From assembly GCF_000011325.1 (NCBI RefSeq), contig NC_003450.3, forward strand, positions 2,220,001 through 2,252,000: a stretch of DNA of 32,000 bases, given 5' to 3'. The stretch's first letter is position 1, and each line of letters opens with the position of its first letter. Both the position numbers and the translations under genes were made by a program. This DNA comes from Corynebacterium glutamicum ATCC 13032. Its GTDB lineage: Bacteria; Actinomycetota; Actinomycetes; Mycobacteriales; Mycobacteriaceae. The notes under the pieces were generated by a model. The model was given only the letters and a program-made list of their open reading frames with translations, was not told the origin of the DNA and ran no database searches. Positions 10,944 to 19,247 of the stretch are shown one piece after another.

Positions 10944-11933
10944 TTAAGCAGCGGCCGGCACAGCTTCAGAAGAAGCAAGCTGATTCAACTGCGCTGCGAT
11001 TTCTTCCACCAGCTGGGATACGCGAGGTCCCCACCTGGAAGCAATATCATCGTCCAAAATGTAGATACGTCCATTGGCTACTGCATCAATGGTGTCCCAG
11101 CCTGGACGCGCCGCAATATCTTCTGCAGTGAGGTTTTCGGCCTTGGCATCGCTGAGGAAAATCAGATCAGGGTTTGCCGCAATGATTGCTTCGTTGGATA
11201 GCTGCGAGTAAGCGTCGCCACCGTCAGCAATAGAGGTGAGACCAAACATGTCGTAAATCTGACCGATGTAGGTTTGCTCTGACACAGTGAACAAATCACT
11301 GCCCAGCTCGTGGAAGTAGGTTAAGCCCTGCTCTTTTACCTCTTCAGGAACTGTGGCAACTGCAGCATCAATGGCGGTTTTCATCTGATCAACAACCGTT
11401 GTTGCTTGATCTTCAAATCCGGTGGCTCGACCTACTTGTTCAATCTGGGAGTAGGTCTCATCCAAGTTCTCTGCTGCGGGGATCACTAAAGTATCCACTC
11501 CTGCAGCATCCAGGCCGGTCAAAATGGAATCATCTGCAGACATCAACACGACCAGGTCAGGATCGTAATCCAAGATGGACTCCACATTGGGAGTAAAACC
11601 AGACAGACCCTGCACCAGCGGTGCGTCCTCTGGGTAGTTTGAGTATTCATCCACTGCGACGACATGATCCCCTGCCCCGACAGCGAACAAGGTTTCTGTA
11701 ATCGCTGGGGACAAACTGACGATGCGCTCTGGTTGATCCTCAATGGTCACAGGTGCTTCTGGGGCAAACGTGACGGTGACAGGAAAACCTTCCTTGCTTT
11801 GGGTTGTGGTGACCTCTGTGCTGCTCCCCGAGTCAACCGTCCCATCCTCTGCGGAACTACAGCCAGCGATTAGTGCTGTTGCCACAAGCACTGACAGTCC
11901 AGCGATTGAGCGAGATGTTGTGGTTGAAACCAT
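10944..11933 (-). CDS. Substrate-binding lipoprotein of the ABC importer (BtuF/HmuT-like, class III PBP; ligand could be cobalamin, heme or a siderophore)
   Basis: Lipobox LIAGC-S after a signal peptide. The core motif RIVSLSPAITETLFAVGAGDHVVAVDEYSNYP is typical of BtuF/heme-type binding proteins. The ligand cannot be decided from sequence alone. Confidence 0.85.
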   Translation of the reverse strand: MVSTTTSRSIAGLSVLVATALIAGCSSAEDGTVDSGSSTEVTTTQSKEGFPVTVTFAPEAPVTIEDQPERIVSLSPAITETLFAVGAGDHVVAVDEYSNYPEDAPLVQGLSGFTPNVESILDYDPDLVVLMSADDSILTGLDAAGVDTLVIPAAENLDETYSQIEQVGRATGFEDQATTVVDQMKTAIDAAVATVPEEVKEQGLTYFHELGSDLFTVSEQTYIGQIYDMFGLTSIADGGDAYSQLSNEAIIAANPDLIFLSDAKAENLTAEDIAARPGWDTIDAVANGRIYILDDDIASRWGPRVSQLVEEIAAQLNQLASSEAVPAAA

Positions 11934-12013
11934 GAGAATGCACAGCCCTTCTATGTTTGGATTTGTCTCACAACATCTTAACTGGTGGAAACCGTGAGGT
12001 TTGCCAAGTGTTC

Positions 12014-12457
12014 TTATGCTGAGCGGTAGGCCTCCACTTGCTTAATGTTCTCCACTGCCCAGGAATACATCGCACGGCAAGGCTCAATGACAGAAGCACC
12101 CAGATCGGTGAGCTGATAATCCACACGAGGCGGCACAACTGCGTGGGAGGTGCGAGTGACCAGTCCGTCTTCCACCAACACTCCAAGACGCTGGGTGAGC
12201 ATCTTTGGGGTAATTCCTTGGACCTGATCTTTGATTTCACCATTGCGCTGTGGACCATTTTCCATGCTGAGCAGGATCAGCACCGCCCACTTGTCACTGA
12301 TGGTGTCGAGCAAGGTGCGGCTCGGGCAATTCTTCTTAAACGGCGTTACTGAATCAAGCTGGGTTGTTTTACGCTTGGCATCACGAATGTCGGTGACGGT
12401 AGCTTCCATGGTGTTTCCTGGTTGGACGGCCATGTCTGATTCAAACTGTACGTTCAT
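12014..12457 (-). CDS. HxlR-family (MarR-like winged-helix) transcriptional regulator
   Basis: CPSRTLLDTISDKWAVLILLSMENGPQRNGEIKDQVQGITPKMLTQRLGVLVEDGLVTR...VDYQLTDLG matches the HxlR/DUF24 signature. SD GAAAGAG lies 7 nt upstream of the ATG. Confidence 0.85.
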   Translation of the reverse strand: MNVQFESDMAVQPGNTMEATVTDIRDAKRKTTQLDSVTPFKKNCPSRTLLDTISDKWAVLILLSMENGPQRNGEIKDQVQGITPKMLTQRLGVLVEDGLVTRTSHAVVPPRVDYQLTDLGASVIEPCRAMYSWAVENIKQVEAYRSA

Positions 12458-12670
12458 TGAAAAGCTCTTTCATCCTCAAAAATGAAACAATCCGAAGTTG
12501 TTGTTCGGAGTTCTTAATTTAAGTCTCTGTTACTTAATGCGTCGTGATTTTTGGTTTGAACGTTACACACCCACGTCCAGAATCTTCTTGAATTCCCCGG
12601 CGCGCTTAAATGATGTCCACCCCACCTAGTAGGGTGGTGTCCATTGATTCAGATCGAAAGGACCACACCT

Positions 12671-14074
12671 GTGATCGCGGCTTACGGCGCATCCATCTCT
12701 TTGGATGATTCCACCCTCACCATCTCTTATTCCCCTCTTCTTGCTGCTCTTTCTAAGTCCAGCGCACAATCGGAATCGGTTGATCTGACACAGGTCTCTG
12801 GAGTATCTGTGCAGGATCCCACTGCTTTTACTCACGGCTTTTTAAACCTGGAGGGCGTGGATAAATCCATCGCCTTTGCCCCAAATAGTTCGGCAGATTT
12901 AGCTGCGCTGGCAGCTGATATTGATGCTGTGTTGAAGGGTGAAAAGCCACAGCACCTGGGTGGCGGAGCCCCAGTAGTGCCTTCAGCTCCATCTACTGTT
13001 GCTGGTCTGAATTTCGTGGGCTTTGACGTAGAGACGGCCAATGATGATTGGGGTTCCATCTGCCAGATTGGTTTGGTCAAGTACGTCGATGGTGTGGAGG
13101 AATCTTCGGAGTCATGGTTGTGTACTCCTCCTGAGAGCCTGAATTTCTTCAATGAGATCAACATTGGTATTCACGGCATCACCCCAGAGATGGTTGCTGA
13201 TCAGCCTCGTTTTGCAGACCTTGTGCCCAAGATGGTGGAGTTCGTTGGGGATTTGCCGTTGGTTGCTCACAATGCGCAGTTTGATTTCACCGCATTGTCG
13301 CGCGCGTGTGCTGCCTCAGGGATCGATGTCCCAGAGATGATTTATGGCTGCTCGTTGACGTTGGCACGCAATGAGAAGCTGCAGGTGGAAAACCATAAGC
13401 TTCCAACGGTGGCTAGTCATTTAGGGTTTGAGCTGAAAAACCACCACGATGCTGCTGAAGATGCTCGCGCGTGTGCTGCGATTACCATTGCGTTGGCAAA
13501 GCGCCACAGCTTTGAGGGCAGCTTTGTGGATTTCGTTCACAGCCGTGGTTTCACCATGGGAACCGTGGATAACGCCCGGGTGTATCCGGTGCTGAAGGAT
13601 CGTTCTGGAGCTAACGTTGCGTTGCAGCGTCGAAACTTTGGTTTGGATGCAGGCAAGACCGAAGTCCCCGTGCAGCCAGCTGTTGATCCAGCGTGGGAAA
13701 CCCCGAAGGCGGAGCCAAAAAAGCAATCTGGCCGCCGTGCACCGTGGGACAAGGTGGCTACCCCTGAGGTCATTCCAGATCCCAATCCCGATGCTGATCC
13801 GTCGAGCATTCTCTATGGCCAGAATGTGACCTTGACTGGTGATTTCGAGCCATATGAAAAGGGTGCGCTGTGGCAGCGGATCGCTGATCAAGGTGCGCTG
13901 ATCGGTAAGAACGTGACTAAGAAGACCACCATTTTGGTTGCTGGCCCGTGGGCAACGATTACCAGTAAGCAAAAACGTGCTGAGGAGTTGAAAGAAAAAG
14001 GACAGGACATCCAGATCTGGGATGAAAAGCAGCTGTTTACGGCTCTGGGGTTAGATGAACAGCCCCCGTTTTAA
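12671..14074 (+). CDS. DnaQ-like DEDDh 3'-5' exonuclease with an N-terminal PH-like domain and a C-terminal BRCT domain
   Basis: Exo I FVGFDVETAN, Exo II LVAHNAQFDFTAL and Exo III HHDAAEDARA (H-x4-D) are present. The C-terminal BRCT-like segment is GQNVTLTGDFEPYEKGALWQRIADQGALIGKNVTKKTTILVAG. I prefer the GTG at 12671 (SD GAAAGGA at 12656-12662, 8-nt spacer) to the in-frame TTG at 12644 in the ORF track. Confidence 0.8.
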   Translation: MIAAYGASISLDDSTLTISYSPLLAALSKSSAQSESVDLTQVSGVSVQDPTAFTHGFLNLEGVDKSIAFAPNSSADLAALAADIDAVLKGEKPQHLGGGAPVVPSAPSTVAGLNFVGFDVETANDDWGSICQIGLVKYVDGVEESSESWLCTPPESLNFFNEINIGIHGITPEMVADQPRFADLVPKMVEFVGDLPLVAHNAQFDFTALSRACAASGIDVPEMIYGCSLTLARNEKLQVENHKLPTVASHLGFELKNHHDAAEDARACAAITIALAKRHSFEGSFVDFVHSRGFTMGTVDNARVYPVLKDRSGANVALQRRNFGLDAGKTEVPVQPAVDPAWETPKAEPKKQSGRRAPWDKVATPEVIPDPNPDADPSSILYGQNVTLTGDFEPYEKGALWQRIADQGALIGKNVTKKTTILVAGPWATITSKQKRAEELKEKGQDIQIWDEKQLFTALGLDEQPPF

Positions 14075-14158
14075 AAGAATTTTCTAAAACTCGGGAACCT
14101 TTAGCCAACTTTTCAAGTCCAACCCTTTTAAGAACACATTTTTCTTAAAGGGGACGAC

Positions 14159-14767
14159 ATGAAAGTACCTATTCGAGCATCAAAGATTCAGCCTCGACTG
14201 CACAATCACCAATGGGCCCACACCGCACGTTTAAGCACAGATGGTTTCTGCGATAACCCAGCAATGCTGAACCTTTCCCACGATCTGTGTATGGGGTTGC
14301 ACAGCGGGAAAGTCACACTCAGTTACCGGGCTCTCGCTGAAGTGGGGCTGACCACCAGGCAAGCGTGGGATCAATCAGCCACCAATTTATTAAAGTGTGC
14401 TACTACTCCTGAGGGTATTCGATTTGATCTTCGGGACGCAGAAACGACCACAACCATCGCCTCGTCTGCATTAGAAATCAGAGTTCCCGGCGCGCCAATT
14501 ACTGCATGGTTGGCGCATCCTCAAACCTTTACAGTGTTGAATCGTCATCTTGAATTACGACTGGGACCAGCACCGCTGTATCTTGCTCCGAATTCACACA
14601 CACTCATCGCTATTCCTGCTGGTGATCCAGGGATCTTTGAATTTGAACGGTGGGCGCGAAGCTTGCTGGAAGTGGGTGGTGTGGAGGGTATCGTCGATAA
14701 GCTTCTTGTTTATAGGCACGGCTTTCCTTGCCCTTACCAGCCAGCCTTTGTAGCACTTGCTGCGTAA
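14159..14767 (+). CDS. Hypothetical protein
   Basis: 202-aa ORF in a gap with no competing ORF, with a GGGGA SD-like element 4 nt upstream of the ATG. I recognise no motif. It uses many codons that look rare elsewhere in the window (cga, tta, agg, aga). An internal start (MLNLSH..) is possible. Confidence 0.5.
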   Translation: MKVPIRASKIQPRLHNHQWAHTARLSTDGFCDNPAMLNLSHDLCMGLHSGKVTLSYRALAEVGLTTRQAWDQSATNLLKCATTPEGIRFDLRDAETTTTIASSALEIRVPGAPITAWLAHPQTFTVLNRHLELRLGPAPLYLAPNSHTLIAIPAGDPGIFEFERWARSLLEVGGVEGIVDKLLVYRHGFPCPYQPAFVALAA

Positions 14768-14852
14768 ATCTTTTTCCCACGCCGGGAATGCGTGAACACT
14801 AAGATCGAGGACGTACCGCACGATTTTGCCTAACTTTTAAGGGTGTTTCATC

Positions 14853-17288
14853 ATGGCACGTCCAATTTCCGCAACGTACAGGCTTCAAATGCGAGGACCT
14901 CAAGCAGATAGCGCCGGGCGTTCATTTGGTTTTGCGCAGGCCAAAGCCCAGCTTCCCTATCTGAAGAAGCTAGGCATCAGCCACCTGTACCTCTCCCCTA
15001 TTTTTACGGCCATGCCAGATTCCAATCATGGCTACGATGTCATTGATCCCACCACCATCAATGAAGAGCTCGGTGGCATGGAGGGTCTTCGAGATCTTGC
15101 CGCAGCTACACACGAGTTGGGCATGGGCATCATCATTGATATTGTTCCCAACCATTTAGGTGTTGCCGTTCCACATTTGAATCCTTGGTGGTGGGATGTT
15201 CTAAAAAACGGCAAAGATTCCGCTTTTGAGTTCTATTTCGATATTGACTGGCACGAAGACAACGGTTCTGGTGGCAAGCTGGGCATGCCGATTCTGGGTG
15301 CTGAAGGCGATGAAGACAAGCTGGAATTCGCGGAGCTTGATGGAGAGAAAGTGCTCAAATATTTTGACCACCTCTTCCCAATCGCGCCTGGTACCGAAGA
15401 AGGGACACCGCAAGAAGTCTACAAGCGCCAGCATTACCGCCTGCAGTTCTGGCGCGATGGCGTGATCAACTTCCGTCGCTTCTTTTCCGTGAATACGTTG
15501 GCTGGCATCAGGCAAGAAGATCCCTTAGTGTTTGAACATACTCATCGTCTGCTGCGCGAATTGGTGGCGGAAGACCTCATTGACGGCGTGCGCGTCGATC
15601 ACCCCGACGGGCTTTCCGATCCTTTTGGATATCTGCACAGACTCCGCGACCTCATTGGACCTGACCGCTGGCTGATCATCGAAAAGATCTTGAGCGTTGA
15701 TGAACCACTCGATCCCCGCCTGGCCGTTGATGGCACCACTGGCTACGACGCCCTCCGTGAACTCGACGGCGTGTTTATCTCCCGAGAATCTGAGGACAAA
15801 TTCTCCATGCTGGCGCTGACCCACAGTGGATCCACCTGGGATGAACGCGCCCTCAAATCCACGGAGGAAAGCCTCAAACGAGTCGTCGCCCAACAAGAAC
15901 TCGCAGCCGAAATCTTAAGGCTCGCCCGCGCCATGCGCCGCGATAACTTCTCCACCGCAGGCACCAACGTCACCGAAGACAAACTTAGCGAAACCATCAT
16001 CGAATTAGTCGCCGCCATGCCCGTCTACCGCGCCGACTACATCTCCCTCTCACGCACCACCGCCACCGTCATCGCGGAGATGTCCAAACGCTTCCCCTCC
16101 CGGCGTGACGCACTCGACCTCATCGCGGCCGCCCTACTTGGCAATGGCGAGGCCAAAATCCGCTTCGCTCAAGTCTGCGGCGCCGTCATGGCTAAAGGTG
16201 TGGAAGACACCACCTTCTACCGCGCATCTAGGCTCGTTGCATTGCAAGAAGTCGGTGGCGCGCCGGGGAGATTCGGCGTCTCCGCTGCAGAATTCCACTT
16301 GCTGCAGGAAGAACGCAGCCTGCTGTGGCCACGCACCATGACCACCTTGTCCACGCATGACACCAAACGTGGCGAAGATACCCGCGCCCGCATCATCTCC
16401 CTGTCTGAAGTCCCCGATATGTACTCCGAGCTGGTCAATCGTGTTTTCGCGGTGCTCCCCGCGCCAGACGGCGCAACGGGCAGTTTCCTCCTACAAAACC
16501 TGCTGGGCGTATGGCCCGCCGACGGCGTGATCACCGATGCGCTGCGCGATCGATTCAGGGAATACGCCCTAAAAGCTATCCGCGAAGCATCCACAAAAAC
16601 CACGTGGGTGGACCCCAACGAGTCCTTCGAGGCTGCGGTCTGCGATTGGGTGGAAGCGCTTTTCGACGGACCCTCCACCTCACTAATCACCGAATTTGTC
16701 TCCCACATCAACCGTGGCTCTGTGCAAATCTCCTTAGGCAGGAAACTGCTGCAAATGGTGGGCGCTGGAATCCCCGACACTTACCAAGGAACTGAGTTTT
16801 TAGAAGACTCCCTGGTAGATCCCGATAACCGACGCTTTGTTGATTACACCGCCAGAGAACAAGTCCTGGAGCGCCTGCAAACCTGGGATTGGACGCAGGT
16901 TAATTCGGTAGAAGACTTGGTGGATAACGCCGACATCGCCAAAATGGCCGTGGTCCATAAATCCCTCGAGTTGCGTGCTGAATTTCGTGCAAGCTTTGTT
17001 GGTGGAGATCATCAGGCAGTATTTGGCGAAGGTCGCGCAGAATCCCACATCATGGGCATCGCCCGCGGTACAGACCGAAACCACCTCAACATCATTGCTC
17101 TTGCTACCCGTCGACCACTGATCTTGGAAGACCGTGGCGGATGGTATGACACCACCGTCACGCTTCCTGGTGGACAATGGGAAGACAGGCTCACCGGGCA
17201 ACGCTTCAGTGGTGTTGTCCCAGCCACCGATTTGTTCTCACATCTACCCGTATCTTTGTTGGTTTTAGTACCCGATAGTGAGTTTTGA
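14853..17288 (+). CDS. treY: Maltooligosyl trehalose synthase
   Basis: 811 aa with a GH13-like TreY signature: ISHLYLSPIFTAMPDSNHGYDV, GIIIDIVPNH, GVRVDHPDGL, TLSTHDTKRGEDTRAR. SD AAGGGTG lies 7 nt upstream. Confidence 0.95.
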   Translation: MARPISATYRLQMRGPQADSAGRSFGFAQAKAQLPYLKKLGISHLYLSPIFTAMPDSNHGYDVIDPTTINEELGGMEGLRDLAAATHELGMGIIIDIVPNHLGVAVPHLNPWWWDVLKNGKDSAFEFYFDIDWHEDNGSGGKLGMPILGAEGDEDKLEFAELDGEKVLKYFDHLFPIAPGTEEGTPQEVYKRQHYRLQFWRDGVINFRRFFSVNTLAGIRQEDPLVFEHTHRLLRELVAEDLIDGVRVDHPDGLSDPFGYLHRLRDLIGPDRWLIIEKILSVDEPLDPRLAVDGTTGYDALRELDGVFISRESEDKFSMLALTHSGSTWDERALKSTEESLKRVVAQQELAAEILRLARAMRRDNFSTAGTNVTEDKLSETIIELVAAMPVYRADYISLSRTTATVIAEMSKRFPSRRDALDLIAAALLGNGEAKIRFAQVCGAVMAKGVEDTTFYRASRLVALQEVGGAPGRFGVSAAEFHLLQEERSLLWPRTMTTLSTHDTKRGEDTRARIISLSEVPDMYSELVNRVFAVLPAPDGATGSFLLQNLLGVWPADGVITDALRDRFREYALKAIREASTKTTWVDPNESFEAAVCDWVEALFDGPSTSLITEFVSHINRGSVQISLGRKLLQMVGAGIPDTYQGTEFLEDSLVDPDNRRFVDYTAREQVLERLQTWDWTQVNSVEDLVDNADIAKMAVVHKSLELRAEFRASFVGGDHQAVFGEGRAESHIMGIARGTDRNHLNIIALATRRPLILEDRGGWYDTTVTLPGGQWEDRLTGQRFSGVVPATDLFSHLPVSLLVLVPDSEF

Positions 17289-17331
17289 TCCCTGCACAGG
17301 AAAGTTAGCGGCGCTACTATGAACGATCGAT

Positions 17332-18357
17332 ATGTCTGACAACACTCTCTCCCAATTTGGCAGTTACTACCACGAATTCCGACGTGCCCATCCCATGGCC
17401 GACGTCGAATTCCTCCTAGCAATTGAAGAATTACTTACGGACGGTGGTGTCACCTTCGATCGCGTCACCACACGCATCAAAGAATGGTCAAGCCTGAAAG
17501 CCAAGGCTCGCAAGCGTCGCAACGATGGCTCGTTGATCTACCCTGATCCGCGCAAAGACATCCACGACATGATCGGTGTTCGGATCACCACGTACCACTC
17601 CACGGAAATACCCGTGGCCCTAAAAGTGCTCCAAGACTCCTTCATCGTCCACAAATCCGTAGACAAAGCCGCTGAAACTCGCATCTCAGGCGGCTTTGGT
17701 TACGGCTCCCACCACCTGATTCTGGAAGTCGATGACACCTCCGATGACCTCCAGGACTACAAAGGCCTCGTCTTTGAAGTTCAGGTGCGCACCGTGCTGC
17801 AACACGCCTGGGCAGAGTTCGAACACGATATCCGCTATAAACGCGCCGATGTGTCCAACCCAGAAGACTTCAGCGCAGAAGTAGACCGCATGTTCACCCT
17901 CGCTGCCGGACTCATCGAATTAGCGGACCAACAATTCGACCAAATCGCCGCACTCAAAGAAACCAGCCGAGTTGCTGATGAATCCGTCGAACTCACCGCA
18001 GAGACACTTCCCGGCGTTCTTGCCATGCTCATTGGCAACCGCTTCCCCCGCCCACGCTCCACAAACTACCGCTTCCTCGAAGACATCCTGGTGGCCAACT
18101 CCATTACCTCTGTGGTGCAGCTGCGCGAGCTGCTCAACCCCACCGACATTGAAGTGCTGTTGAAAGTAATGAACTACCGCTTCCACCCAGGCCAGATCCG
18201 CATCATCGACGATTTACTACTCAAACGATTTGGCCAATCACACATCGATGCCACCGTCGCCACCGACTCCCAACCACTCAACGCCAAACGCCACAGGCAG
18301 CTAAAACGCAAGCTAGAGCTCATGACCCAAGCTCATCTTGTGGAACCACCAAACTAA
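17332..18357 (+). CDS. relS: RelA/SpoT-homologue small alarmone synthetase with a C-terminal extension of about 140 aa
   Basis: Synthetase-domain motifs are present: DMIGVRITTYH, GYGSHHLILEV, FEVQVRTVLQHAWAEFEHDIRYK. There is no HD hydrolase domain. The gene symbol is from my memory of the C. glutamicum SAS nomenclature. 17332 is the only possible start, because an in-frame stop lies at 17320-17322. Confidence 0.85.
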   Translation: MSDNTLSQFGSYYHEFRRAHPMADVEFLLAIEELLTDGGVTFDRVTTRIKEWSSLKAKARKRRNDGSLIYPDPRKDIHDMIGVRITTYHSTEIPVALKVLQDSFIVHKSVDKAAETRISGGFGYGSHHLILEVDDTSDDLQDYKGLVFEVQVRTVLQHAWAEFEHDIRYKRADVSNPEDFSAEVDRMFTLAAGLIELADQQFDQIAALKETSRVADESVELTAETLPGVLAMLIGNRFPRPRSTNYRFLEDILVANSITSVVQLRELLNPTDIEVLLKVMNYRFHPGQIRIIDDLLLKRFGQSHIDATVATDSQPLNAKRHRQLKRKLELMTQAHLVEPPN

Positions 18358-18478
18358 AGTTCCCCCAAAGTTAGCCCCGGCTAAAACACGCGGAGTCCCA
18401 CAACCTACAATGCACTAAAACACCTGTTACGCTAGTGCAGCAGATCATTTTTATATACCAAGCAAGGAGCCAAATACT

Positions 18479-18610
18479 ATGGGGTCATCCATCACTGACT
18501 TCCCGATGCTCGCAGACTTCCTCCACGTGTGGGGCCTGACCGTCGCTGATTTCTTCCGTCCAATGGGCATCAATTTCCCACCAGCTGACTGGAGCCTGAG
18601 CTCTATCTAG
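18479..18610 (+). CDS. Candidate small protein (43 aa), not in the ORF track
   Basis: AAGGAG at 18464-18469, a 9-nt spacer, ATG at 18479 and TAG at 18608-18610. The product is MGSSITDFPMLADFLHVWGLTVADFFRPMGINFPPADWSLSSI. Codon choice is strongly C-ending (ttc, atc, gac, ctc, ggc, acc, gtc). A terminator lies at 18653-18691. Confidence 0.55.
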   Translation: MGSSITDFPMLADFLHVWGLTVADFFRPMGINFPPADWSLSSI

Positions 18611-18652
18611 GACACTCCTTGACTTAAAAAGTCTGCGAACTTAAACGCAGCG

Positions 18653-18691
18653 GCACCACCCATACTTTGTGGGGTGGTGCTTTTTCTTTTT
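18653..18691. terminator. Rho-independent terminator (strong on the + strand, shared by convergent genes)
   Basis: Stem GCACCACCC (18653-18661) / GGGTGGTGC (18672-18680) with a 10-nt loop, then TTTTTCTTTTT (18681-18691). It ends exactly at the stop codon of the minus-strand gene. Confidence 0.75.
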
Positions 18692-19093
18692 CTACAACAT
18701 GATCTGGGTGCTGGCATGGACAGTGCTTGGGAAACGATCCACTCGCACATAAGGGTCATCCATAATCAGATGCTCCATTGTTCGGTCATAAACCTCATCT
18801 GAATCATCTAGGTTCACCACGGTGACAACAAAGTACAAGTTGTGACCAGTGGGATACAGGCCTTCTTGCTCAATCTGATACTGCTCAGCAAGGCTTCCCC
18901 AAATATCCTGGTCTACTTCCATCCGTAGGCCATCTGCCACTGAAACTACGTCAGCGCCGTTCAATGCTGCCAAAGAGTTCATTCGGCTGCGATAAGTTTG
19001 GTACGCCTCGTCTTCATCCTCGGGTGCAGCGATGAAATAAGTGGTACATACGTATTGAGTCTTCATGAACTTCCACATTCCTATGCTTTTCAA
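18692..19093 (-). CDS. Hypothetical acidic protein
   Basis: 133-aa maximal ORF whose listed start is TTG. The ATG at 19066 (MKTQYVCTTYF..., 124 aa) or at 19078 is more likely. The protein is rich in Asp/Glu and has no motif I recognise. Confidence 0.55.
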   Translation of the reverse strand: MKSIGMWKFMKTQYVCTTYFIAAPEDEDEAYQTYRSRMNSLAALNGADVVSVADGLRMEVDQDIWGSLAEQYQIEQEGLYPTGHNLYFVVTVVNLDDSDEVYDRTMEHLIMDDPYVRVDRFPSTVHASTQIML

Positions 19094-19141
19094 CGTTGAA
19101 GTGACCCGAATAAATGCACAGGAGCACTAAATCCTCGAAGC

Positions 19142-19247
19142 TCTCCAGTCTGCTCTTCTGGGTCTGGCTATTGTTTCTCCAAGTTACCGGCTTCTCTCGC
19201 TGGCCTGCATGAGATGGCCAATAGCGATTGAAGTGTGGGATTCGGCC
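19142..19247 (-). repeat. Direct repeat: diverged copy of the 3' end of the 352-aa gene (partner at 19524-19628)
   Basis: The core at 19142-19192 (tctccagtctgctcttctgggtctggctattgtttctccaagttaccggct) aligns with 19524-19576 (tctccagtcttgatcttcctgggtctggctatggtttctccaggttaccggct) at about 90% identity with a 2-nt indel. Weaker similarity continues through gccaatag (19217-19224 vs 19601-19608). Confidence 0.75.

Noticed and set aside
11934-12013. Possible cobalamin riboswitch upstream of the BtuF-like importer
   Set aside because: Only 80 nt are available, and no B12-box-like sequence or multi-helix structure is visible. That is too short for this riboswitch class.
12618-12645. C-rich/G-rich imperfect hairpin (TCCACCCCACC-TAGTA-GGGTGGTGTCCA) upstream of the exonuclease gene, considered as a small-RNA or 6C-like element
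   Set aside because: The stem is short and mismatched, there is no second C-rich loop, and there is no terminator. It is more likely part of the promoter or 5' UTR of the exonuclease gene.
17319-17339. 6-codon upstream ORF (ATG AAC GAT CGA TAT GTC TGA) overlapping the relS start codon
   Set aside because: The only SD-like element (AGGAAAG, 17298-17304) is 14 nt away, which is too far. Such a short ORF is expected by chance, and I have no conservation evidence. I note it only as a possible coupling device for an SD-less relS.
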